Under the pieces are notes generated by a model. It did no database searches. It was given only the letters and a program-made list of their open reading frames with translations, and had not been told where the DNA came from. A stretch of DNA of 64,000 nt, taken from assembly GCA_003971905.1 (NCBI GenBank), contig RSEE01000007.1, positions 248,001 through 312,000 of the forward strand, read 5' to 3'. Position 1 is the stretch's first letter, and each line of letters starts with the position of its first letter. The translations under genes and the position numbers were made by a program. Origin of the DNA: Moniliella sp. 'wahieum'. Lineage: Eukaryota. Shown here one piece after another: positions 13,029 through 23,867 of this stretch.

Positions 13029-15065
13029 TCAGGCCAAGTGGCCGAGCCCAATGGTGTTCTTGGCCGCATTGGTGGCCAAGTACACGTTCTTGAGGAAGGT
13101 TGCGCCGACAAGCCATTGCTTGTCTGACCCCCCACCTGAGATGGCGCTCACACACCTTCCCTGGAGATTGGACTTGTCGACTGGCAACCAAGTCAGGTCA
13201 CGGGGGTCAATGGCAAATGTAGTCCCCCCCACCGTTAGAGCAAGGGAGGCGGAGGTAGTGCAGGGAACAGTCCAGCCTCCCTGCCCATCTGGGATTGAAT
13301 CGGGGATGGCGTCGTGGTACGCTTGTGCATCCGCAGTGGGCAAAATCATCAGACTGGTGCCGGTATCTAAGATGGCCGTTCGGCCCGACAAGTTGAGATC
13401 CGTCCCATTCACACTGATCTTGTCCAGGGTAGCCTCCCAAAAGCCAGTTTGAGACACATTGGGCACCTCGACAAGCGAGCCTTGAATCGAACTCCCGTCC
13501 ACTCCCCCAAAGGAGACAACACCATGGTTGTTATTCGGGCCATCGGCCACACGGCCCAGACGGTACCCCATGACGGGGGCAGCAACCAAGCCAGCTGAGT
13601 GCAGAGCATCAATCGGCGTGGGACCGCCATAGGTGCAGAGAGTTTGTTTGGCGAGACCCATCAGACCATCAAAGGGAACGGACGAGTCGCTGAACTCGGT
13701 ACTGGTCTGGCTGGCCAGAGCAAAGGTAAAATTTTCGAGGTGCATGCCTCCGATGACGAGTGTGTCGCTGGCGACACTACCTGACATTGAACCTGTACCA
13801 TAGCGAATGTTGACTGACTGCGAAGGGAAGTCGCAGGTGAGGTAGAGTCGGCCTTGACGAGGCGGGTATGCCCACTCCCACAGGCTGTACATCCCTCTCC
13901 GGGGAGCCAGGTATCGGCACTCCCGCTGTCGATGAGCAGACGGAAGACCTTGGCCTTACTTCCCATGCTGACGGTAGCCACATACCCCACATCATTGCCC
14001 TCGATTGCCAAGCCCAATGAATCCGGCGCCACGTTGCCACTGTTGTTGGTCAAGTTGCCCGCCTTGGCCGCCTCGAGGTCAAGGGGCGAAAACCCACTGA
14101 CGGACGCTTGGGAGGACGACTGGGGTGCGTCCGCCCACAAGCGATTTCGAGAAACGGTGCCCACCACCACTGATGCGCTAGAAGGCCCGCTCAAGGTGGG
14201 GAAGACGGCGGCACTGGTCGCTTTGGATATAGCCGTAGACGACAATGCACCGGAAGCTCTTGCTGTCCTGATCTTGTGCTTAGATCCATGGTGGGACTTG
14301 GACCGGCTGGATGGATGTGGGAAGACCAGCGTTGATGGCCAACTGACGAAGTAGGGGTTGATGGGGTAGCAACTGCCAATTGTTCCGGCACCGCAGTGGT
14401 AACAAAGCTGTCACTGTAAGTGTTCCACACCGATGAAGAATCAGCGGTTGGGCGCACAGGCGCCGCAAGCAGCTGTAAGCCACCTCCCGCCCCTTTCATC
14501 GAACTTGTACCACCGCGACCGAGTTCGGCTCCAATTCGGCCGTGAGGCAAAACCAAGTCTCTTCGTTCGTGAACCCTGCTCACGTTGTACTCATCCACGG
14601 TCCTACGACGCAGTTCTGCCCCCTCAAGAAGGGATCGACGTTGCAAGATAGAACGAGAGCGTCGTTGGAGGTGGGAGAACTTGGTTTCGGCCAGCGAGAC
14701 GTGGTACTCCAACGCCTGCAAGCGCAAGGTGTGGTTAATATCTGTTTTCGCATATCTGAGAACAGATCGAGAAGGAGACGCACCACAAAGGCATCTACAT
14801 GATCAGGTAAGTCGATCCGCTCGAGAGGTGCATGCACAACACGACTGTCGTCTGTGATGAGGGGAAAGGAAGTGGACTGTTCCGCTCGTTCATACACCGA
14901 CGCTTCCTCCACTTGCCCTTGCACCCCGATTCGTGGCGGGCGATAGCGCGCCGAGGGGGCACGGCCAATGGGAACAGCCGAGATGCCTTGTAGAGTCGCC
15001 GCTACGGCCAGCGCAGCGACGACCCAGGCAAGCAAGCCATTGTGGTACCTGTTGGGGAGGGACAT
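13029..15065 (-). CDS. Secreted pepsin-like (A1) aspartic protease with long prodomain
   Basis: Hydrophobic N-terminus (LLAWVVAALAVAATLQGISA), catalytic motifs LLIDSGSADTW and AILDTGTSL, IRYGTGSMSG flap, FDGLMGLA, WLVGATFLKNVY. Confidence 0.92.
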
Positions 15066-17726
15066 GATGGGCAGGGGCTGTGGGGGGAACGGGAGAGTCA
15101 AGGCCAGCTCGACGATTCAAGGGAAGAGGGGCAGTAGGCCGGCTACTGCTCCAAGTGGTGAGCGGAGAGGGCGCCAGGCCAGAAGATGCGGGCGGAGGGA
15201 GTGGTGAGGAGAAGAAGGGCCAGCCGTGGGAAGGGGAGGGTGATTTTGCGCATCAGCGCTGGATTTATACCACGCACGCCCGTACTCACCGTCCGTAGAA
15301 ACCGAGTAAACATTGCGGAACAGGTACACTGGCCCCGTGCGGTGATGATCGATGATGGCAGTGTGGACGGGGTTCAGGCACAAGGGCAGAGCGCGTGCTC
15401 TGACGGCAGAGAGGCTGTGGGGGCTGGGAGGGTGACGCATGACATGGGATGACACTGACACTGGCGTTCCGCCCGAAGTCTGATGCCTGATGTGGTCTGA
15501 AATCTGAACGGTGACGGTGATCGATGGTCGATGGTCGATGGTCGATTGTCCTGCCGCTTTTCTTTCCCGACATGGCAATTGGCAGGCTGGAGTGAATCGC
15601 TCGCTCAACTACTTTATACTCTGCACCTCCTATCCACCTCGAATCCCGCAGCACTGCAAGAGTATACGCCCCTGCTCTCTGGAAGATGAATTTTTTCCAT
15701 CTTTCTTCACAGCTTCACACACCCTACACACGAAACTCTCTCTCACTCTCTCACCGGCCGAGAGATGTACTTTTTGCTGTACTGTTGCACCCGCCGGGAT
15801 CCCATCTCCCAATATCGCGTTCTTTCTTTTTGGCACATGGGCCCATGATGCATGAGCACCCAGGCTGAGCGGCGCTGAGCGAGAATTGTGAGATTGTCGC
15901 ACAGCTGAAGAGCACTGAGGGTGTTGAAACCACCACACACACCTATTGTTGTTGGTGTGGTATGTATAAGGAGTGTGAATGACGAGACGAAAAGTGAACG
16001 GGGGAGAGACGAGGGTGCTTCAACCCCACAACGGCGAGTAACAACAGGAGATGGAGATGGGGGAAAGGATGAGGATCATATTCATTGAGTGGAAAGAGGG
16101 CGAGGTATATATGCCTCAGAGAAGAGAACATGCGAACTAACTCACACAGAGAAGGATAGAAAGGGGAGCATGGTCAAGGGGGAAAACAGGGTCTAGAACA
16201 AATCAGGGACCAGTCCACCTGGTGACTATCGAAGTGTGACCAGAGGTGGGTCTGATCCCGACATCATGCAACAGGACAGGATTCCCTCTGACACATGCAG
16301 CCAACAGTGGTAAGTGGGACGCCTCTATCTCAGACCTCATGTCGCTAACGCTCAATACCCGGGTCTAGGCATCATATGTTGAAGTGAAGATGTGATGGAC
16401 GAAATGAAGCACGCGTTATGTGGCCCATCCCTGAATGGTGTTGGCATCATTAACCACGAGAAGAAGAGTGTTATCCGATGATTTTATTAGCGCCGCTCAT
16501 CCACCTTGCGTTTGCCGCCGCAGGGGGATGAACAGGCGGGGTTTCAGTTGATATATGCCCTGGCCATTGGCGCTGTGGTTGCTCCCTCGGGTGGCGGCTG
16601 GGATACCGTCCCATCCCCACAGCCAACAGGGAGAATGGCCTCGACGCGATGTAGACACTACCCTGTGCAACCATAGCATGGTACCGCGACCTGAACGCGG
16701 ACCATGATGTGGTCAAAAACATGACAAGTTTTGTGATGGCAGAGCTTTGGTTACTAATTCGGGCGTTGTTTTCATGCAACGGCCGAACGCCCACCCTCGG
16801 TCTTGAAGGTACGCAACTGCTCAGCAGCAACAACATTGGGAAGGTGTAGCTTGAACTGGCCTGTGGGTGAGGGAGGCATTATCAGCAAATAAGGGGAGTA
16901 ATGTGCGAGGGGGTAACACATATCATCATCAAGGGGCCAAGCCCAGTCCGTCATGAAAAAGGAACGCAACGGGTAGTCAAAAAGGCAGAGGAAATAAGAT
17001 GGGCCCCGGGCTTTATCAGTGACAGGAGTATTGCAGGAGCAGAGCGCATACCCTTGGGCACAATCTGCTGTAGGACATATGCGCTGCCGGTGGTAAAGGA
17101 CATGTCTTCAGTCCTCCGTATAGGGGTTGCTGTGACAGGCAATTGAGCCTGTGCCGGGGAAGAGGGCAAAGTGGTTTGGCATGGTCGTAAGTGCGCGCAG
17201 GGGGGGCGGTGCGGTGTAGGGCGGAGCAGAGGCTAGGCAGAGCAAATGTTGGACCGCCGGGGCCGCCCCCTACAAACGCGTGACTGAACAGGGCGGCGAT
17301 ACTGAGCGCTGCTGAGCGGAGGGGCTCAGAAGCTTGTGGTCACGTGATGTATGGTAAGATAGCTAGCCAAGCCAGTTACACGCGCACGCAGCCCCTTTCT
17401 CTCAAAACATACATGCCCCCTTCTTTCTCAGCACCACCCTCTCTCCCCTTTCCTTCTCTTTCGCTCGACTTGGCGCTTGAACCAATCTCCGGCAATTGGT
17501 TTGCTTCCTAGAGATTAGGTGTCTCCATGGTAGCGCCTTCTGCGTCGCTCCACAGGCTTCAGACTGAGAGATGGCTGGATATCAGTGTGGATCGGTGCAA
17601 CACAAAGACCCTCGCAGCACTTTCTTAGGCCAATTATCTCCGATCCAAGTACGGGCCCCCGCACCCGCCTTATAGTGAGTGCCTCTCTCTATCTTCAACC
17701 ACCACAGACCGATAATTGGTTCCGTC

Positions 17727-19206
17727 ATGCTTCGTCCGTTGCTCCCAGCCATGCCCCACATCGATGGCCCCGTCGTGCTCGCCCTAGCGGCTGGGCTTGT
17801 GGGCGCCCTTGTTCTGCTCCTGCTTGGACACCGTGCTTGGCTGCGCCAAGCAGCGCAGCGGGACGTGTATGGTAGCCAAACCAAAGACGTGCGCATCCAG
17901 TCGCTCTTTATCCATCCCATCAAGTCCTGCCGCTTCATTTCCGTCCAGGAGTCCGCGTACGATGCAAGTGGCCTGCAGTATGACCGCACCTGGCTCATTA
18001 TCAATGCGGACAACCACAAGTTCAACACCGCCCGTGATCTTCCCCAGATGGTGCTGATTCAGCCCAGTATCCACAAGGATACCAACGAGCTCCGAATTCG
18101 CATTCCGCTCTCCTCGGATCCCGGCGAGACTGAGGCCGTGGTGGTGTCCACCCCTCTTGACCCATCCGAAGAGTTTTTGTCCCATTGCCAAGTATTGGAA
18201 AACATTGAGATCTGGGGACACAAAAATCAAGATGGCTACGCTGTCAGCACCGAGGCTGACACAGCTTTGACTCGCTTTTTTGGTCGAGCGGTCAGGTTGG
18301 TGCGCAAGGGGCCGACTCCGCGAGACGTGGTAGGTGAAGATGGGGACCCGGAGGGTGTGTTGACCCGCGTCGGATCCAAAGTCAGTCCTCCTGTCCAAGG
18401 ACTAGACACCCGCTCGGTACGGTTTCAAGACTTCCTTCCGTTTTTGATTACGACCGATGCAAGCCTCGAGCACCTGCGTCAATCTCTCTTACGATCTGTT
18501 TACCCTTCGGATACGACGCTCAAGGAGGACGATGCCGTGGCTGCCCAGCTCAGCCAGGGTGGATTTGAGGTCCGCTCGTGGGCAGTACCGCTCGACAAGG
18601 TGGACAAAACTGTTTGGACCTGTACGTTGCTTTCTGCCTCGTGATGAAATGAGAGGCGAAACAGCTAATATGACCTTTTGGGATGCATCTGCAGCGGATT
18701 ACATTCACCATTTGTCAATCAATCGGTACCGACCGAATGTGCTGCTGACTACAGGCCAGGGTCCCAAGCTAGTAGGATTTGAGGAGGACAATTGGACCCA
18801 CATTGAAATCTTCTCTTCAGCCGAAGCGGGGACAACGGCTGTGCCCTACGGACAGAAAGCCGAAGGCAAAGGCAAAGGCATCTTCTGTCTCGCTCGCTGT
18901 GGCCGCTGCACCGTTCCCGGGATTGATCTGGAAACCGGTGTGCGCGACGCCATCTTGCCAGCTCGCGTGCTGCAGCGTTACCGCATGGTCGAGAAATATC
19001 AGCCCTACTCGCCTTGCTTTGGAATGCTTTCCACACCGCGCGAATCGTGTATGTTACCCCATCCCCCCTAACCCCTTTCTGCCTGTGTTCGAGCACTATT
19101 GACACAAACAACCCTCCTCGTAGCCGGGATTCTCCGTGTGGGAGACACCGTGCGTGTCACTCGCACCGGCCCTCGTCCCATCTTCAAGAAACCGAGCCCC
19201 GCCTAA
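17727..19206 (+). CDS. MOSC-domain (mARC-like) molybdenum-cofactor protein with N-terminal membrane anchor
   Basis: SLFIHPIKSC, GLQYDRTWLI, RYRPNVLL, CGRCTVP, GILRVGDTVRV; two introns (about 18622-18694, 19048-19123). Confidence 0.9.
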
Positions 19207-19353
19207 GAGCACGCGACGCGAGGAGTTGAAGCTTACCGATTGAAGCTGGTCGAATAGAAAGGCAGAAGCTCTCGCCCCCAAATCCATCACTTAACTATAA
19301 GTTGTAGGAGATGGCAATATAGATGTTTTGTTTGAAGCCTCCGCTTAGAGCGC

Positions 19354-20188
19354 TTAGATGCGCACCGACAGGTTCGCACGGTTCGCCAGAGCGTTCTTGT
19401 GGGCCTCGAGACGCTTCTGTAGCACGCTTGAGCGACCCTCGACGACTGCAAGTAGTTCTTTGGCGATACGGTCCTCGTATCGCTTGTCTGTCCTGCGGAA
19501 CGCAGCCCTGAGGATGGCCTTAATGCCTTTATGGGCCGACGCAGACTCGGTGAGGGGACGCGGGGTGTGAATGACCTTTGCACCGCGCTTGGTAGAGACT
19601 GTATCGACGTTGGGGCTCGCTTGCTTCACCGCCTCGACAAAGAGAGGGAGAGGAGAATCGTTGGTGGCAATCGCAATCCGCTGCAAGGCAGCAGCGACAA
19701 CCCGCTCCGCCTTGGTGCGGTCGCCGCGCTTGGTCATCATGCCAATCATTTTGTTGATAAGGGGGTGAACATCGGGTGCACGCTGGACCTTGTGATCAAA
19801 CAGAGATGCATCCACCTCGTACACTTCCCATGGCAGTGTCGCCACCGCCTCAGCCGGGCGGGCCCATGCACCAAAGTCGGGGGGGGCTGGCCAAGGTGGT
19901 CGAACGCATCGGGGGCGAGGCCATCGGCGAAGCTAATGGGCGTCCTGGGGTCCTGGGAAGTACGGAAGATTTCCTGGGCCTTGTCGCTCCCATTCTGGTC
20001 GACGGCAGGGAGGTGAGGGTCGCTGCCTGGTGCGACGCCAGCCTGGCGCGGTGGCGGCGCAGAGGCGCAGATTCGTCCGAGAGCACGCGTGCAGAGACGT
20101 GAAGGCTGCGAGCGGCGAAGGGGGCACGAAGAGCCGCTGTGGACACCGCACGCGGGAGCACCCGCCACGCAGCAAGACTGGGCAGCAT
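19354..20188 (-). CDS. RSM7: Mitochondrial ribosomal protein uS7m
   Basis: KMIGMMTKRGDRTKAERVV, KRGAKVIHTPRPL, RIAKELLAVVEG-S-LQKRLEAHKNALANRAN; Arg/Ser-rich presequence. Confidence 0.92.
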
Positions 20189-21233
20189 TGTCGGTGGTGG
20201 AGCAAGAACGAGCAAGATCCAGACAGGAAAGGCAAGCAGCCCAATGCGCCGCCTGCTTCGCTTCCTCCTTGCGCTGCTAGGTGCTGGGCTGTTCTGGGCA
20301 CAAGAAGAAATTGCCATGGGCCACTTACGTCATCCACATGCATCACCGGCCACCGGCATCATGCATCATGCATCACCCCTGGTCCTGCGCCAGGCAAGTC
20401 ACGTGGCATGGCTAGGCACTGCCTAGTGCCGAGCAGCTACTAGGGAGGCTCTTGGCCATGCACACCAAAACACCATCTACTCTGGATCCGCCAACCATAA
20501 TAGTATTGAGACGCACGCACACACATCTTCTTTCTTTTCCCACAGGAGGAGAGGTGCACAGCACAGCCCTTGCACTTCCCTTTGTTTTGCTTGGACATTC
20601 ATCGTCACAACCCCCCTCGGTTCCCATTCTCAGAGGCACAAGACACGCAGAGGACGATACAGCTTCCAAGGGGATCAAACGGGTGGGATCGGCGAATGAG
20701 AACCAGATTGGGGTTCGCTGCTGCCTCATCAACACACTGTTGTAGACGCAGTCTCGAGATTGGCCGAGATCCCTTCGTTGGCTGAGTGAATTTTCGGCAA
20801 GTTATATATATAGAAGAATCTCGGCAGTGAAAACGGGTGTTTACCGGACGGGAGACCTCAAGGATGTTGAGACGTTCAGCCACCGGAGATCAGCCACGGT
20901 TGGGGGGCACAGCTGAGTTAAGCGGGAGGGCGGGAGGGGGGATTAACATAATTTGTGGAGATGAGTGAAAGAGCAAAGAGAACAGGAGCATTGGAGTATT
21001 ACAATCCGAGTCCGAGAGGTGTAAGGGAGGAAGCTTTGATTATGGCGAAGCACTGCCATTGAAGGCCCGAAAGCAAAACCCATTGAAACAGTCGAGCGCC
21101 TCTATTAGTAGAAGGCAACATTGTGTTTTCTTTTACTACTGCGAGAGGATTCACACAGCCGCGAAATAGTGAAGGTCATCTATGCCGCTGTGAGCCTAAA
21201 CCGACCCGGTCATTCTCCGGCGTGTGCTGCTTG

Positions 21234-21700
21234 TTAACGCCAACCCCGTTTAAGAGACCAGGGGAATGGCCAGAGATCAAGGCCCTCTGGTGCCCGTCCT
21301 CTGTTCCCATACCCGAAGAAGCGCGTGTGGATACGGATGAACGTGGTGGACATCTGAGTGGTGAACCATCTCCATTTGGAGTCAGTAGTCAAATCCTTCC
21401 AGTGCCCAAGCATATTACCCGCTGTCTTGGTGGCATAGTATCCTCTGGTCGCGTCGTTAAAACCAAGGGGGAAAACAGTTCTTGAATACGCGTCCCTGGT
21501 ACTTGTTGGTGTTCTTGTAGCATTTTTGCTTGTTCCAGCAGCCGAAGCAGCTCCTTCTCCCGGCGTTCCAAAGGCGTGGCGGTGCTCTCACGTACCGCCT
21601 TCCAGTACGCGGACTGAAGCCCCAGCTGGCCGGTTGTAGGCCCGGTGGCCTCCTCGTAGTATAGTGTGTGTGTGGATTCACATCGCCCTCTTTTTTTCTC
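21234..21700 (-). other. Candidate small Cys/aromatic-rich orphan gene (frameshifted, 5' end unresolved)
   Basis: Stitched frames read ...ESTATPLERR...SCFGCWNKQKCYKNTNKYQGRVFKNCF-LGFNDATRGYYATKTAGNMLGHWKDLTTDSKWRWFTTQMSTTFIRIHTRFFGYG...WPFPWSLKRGWR*. Confidence 0.3.
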
Positions 21701-22410
21701 CTCTCGCTTCTTTCCTCGACGCGGAATGGGACATGTGATGGTAAAGATAACAGTCTTTCCCCCAATAATCCCATACCCCAGGCGTGCCCCACGCCCCACA
21801 CAAAAGTAAAAAAGAACAAAGTTTTGTCCTACTCAAAACACCGCACCACAGCAAAACATTCTAGGGAAAAAAGAGCTATATAGTGTGCCTACAACCAAAA
21901 TCGATAACAGAACGATACTATGGACTCTGGTCTGGCGCCGGTGCTATGATCTTGGCAAAAGCATAGATTCTGTACCTATCAACGTCATATACCACACATT
22001 TTCCCCCTCTTCCCCCTGTAATGGGAAACTGTATTCTGCTAACACTTTTTCATGATTGTTTCCCCCCTACAAAACAATCCACACAATACTGACGGTCGCC
22101 GGTCTTCCGCTTCCCCTCGCCGAGATGGGGGTCTCGGTGTGGGGCCATACTGCCACGGGGGGGAGAGGGGACACACGCATGGCACAGGGGCGCACCAATG
22201 ACCAATCTTCATGCGTCTCCCGAGAGGCCTGATTACCGGCGCCGCGGTGTTCCGAGGAAGAACTATACAATAGGATGATGGAACACATAACGCTTTGCCA
22301 TATGTGAGACACTTTTATTCTGCAACACCTCCAACTCCGAAGAGGCGGGCGCCCTCAGCGCTCAGCAAAGCAAATTTATAACGGGCGGCAACAGCAGTAT
22401 ACGGCAAAGA

Positions 22411-22419
22411 TATATAAAA
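22411..22419 (+). promoter_or_regulatory. TATA box of the cerato-platanin gene
   Basis: TATATAAAA about 140 bp upstream of the ATG at 22552. Confidence 0.55.
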
Positions 22420-22551
22420 CTGAGGTTTTTGGCCCTTCAGTATTCACGACTGCACACCTACACATCAGCTCTCAAGTCTCAAGCCTCAAGAACCTCCATC
22501 ATCTCCCCACGCCACCTGAGCCTCCCTGCACTTCATTCCTCCATCAGTGCC

Positions 22552-23005
22552 ATGCAGTTTCTCGTTGCCACTCAGCCCTTCTCCTTGCTGGTGCATTGAC
22601 CGCGGCCCCGGCCGTTTCGGCCATGCCTCGCGTTCGCGCCGACTCTACTACACTGGGCTATGACAATACGTATGACGCTTCCTCTGGCGATCTCACACGG
22701 TGGCCTGTTCGAACGCGAAAGAACGGACTGATCACCAAGGGCTACACCACCTTTGGCAGCCTTCCCAGCTTCCCCCGGGTGGGGGCGCGCCCGCGGTTCA
22801 GGGATGGGACAGTGCCGCCTGTGGATCATGCTGGGAAATCGTATACGATGGAACGAGCATGTACTTCACCGCCATTGATGTTGGAAAGGACAGCTTTGTC
22901 TCGTCCGAGGCTGCCATGAACACCCTCACCGGCGGTAACGCTGTCCAATTTGGCCGTGTTGACGTTACGGCAACCGAGGTCGATGCCTGGCACTGCGGCC
23001 TCTGA
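22552..23005 (+). CDS. Cerato-platanin family secreted protein (SnodProt1/Epl1-like)
   Basis: YDNTYD...VACSN-KNGLITKGYTTFGSLPSFP-VGGAPAVQGWDSAACGSCWEI...FTAID...AAMNTLTGGNAVQFGRVDV...CGL*; four Cys; indels present. Confidence 0.95.
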
Positions 23006-23867
23006 GAGTGATAGGGGCTACAGACACACCCTTTGCAATACACAAGGACGGACTAACTTTACACCCAAGCCGTGCTGGCTCTGTTTGCTTTTTCTTTCTG
23101 CCCAAATGGCTTTTTACATCCCTCCTGGAGGTCGAACGAACTGAGAATGACCTCCCCAAACGGACTTAACGGGTTATCGCGATGATGAATGCGACGTTTT
23201 ACATATAAATCCTCTACACGGAGTGACGCAACAGGTCTGTCACATAGGAGAGAGGAGATGGAACGTACCACCTTGCTCCTTTGGGACGCTCTAATAAACT
23301 TCTCAATATGAGTTTGGAGAGTGAAAAGAAGAGTTTGACGAGACCCATCACACCGCCCATCAGCACGCACGCCATATGCCATTACAGGCGAGCGGTGTGC
23401 GGACCGTTCCATTTCGTCGAGAGAGATAAAACACTTTTCGTTACCGCCTTAGCTACCCTTCTCGGGTCGCGCGTGTCCGTGAGCCACATTGCGGCTTAAC
23501 ACGCACGTTCGGGATTGAATACTGATGCTCATACGCGTCCGACATGGGGACTGAAAGAGAGATGCCGTCCTACCCCGGGAGACCGATGGGCTGGGAGCCA
23601 TTTGCCACCGGCGAGGTGGTGGTGGTTTGGGTACTAGGCAAGAGGTCGTGCGGCCAGTAGTGCATCAGCGCGCCCGACCCGGATCAAATTTCAAATCTCC
23701 ATTCTGGCCGCGTGCTGACCTCGCCTTGGTGGCGCGTCACGTGCTTAGCGCGGCCGGTGGAACAGGTTCCGTAGTTTTCGTTGCACCGATCCCCATTTTT
23801 TGGTTTTTGCGCTGGCGGCAGCCTTGGTCTTTGGTGCGCGGCTGTCGACTCGGTTGTTCAGGCCACC

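Noticed and set aside
15518..15546. (GATGGTC)n short tandem repeat upstream of the aspartic protease
   Set aside because: Only about four units; ordinary simple repeat with no supporting context.
23601..23609. Exact Rpn4/PACE site (GGTGGCAAA, - strand)
   Set aside because: Lies upstream of BMS1, not the proteasome gene; a single 9-mer is compatible with chance.
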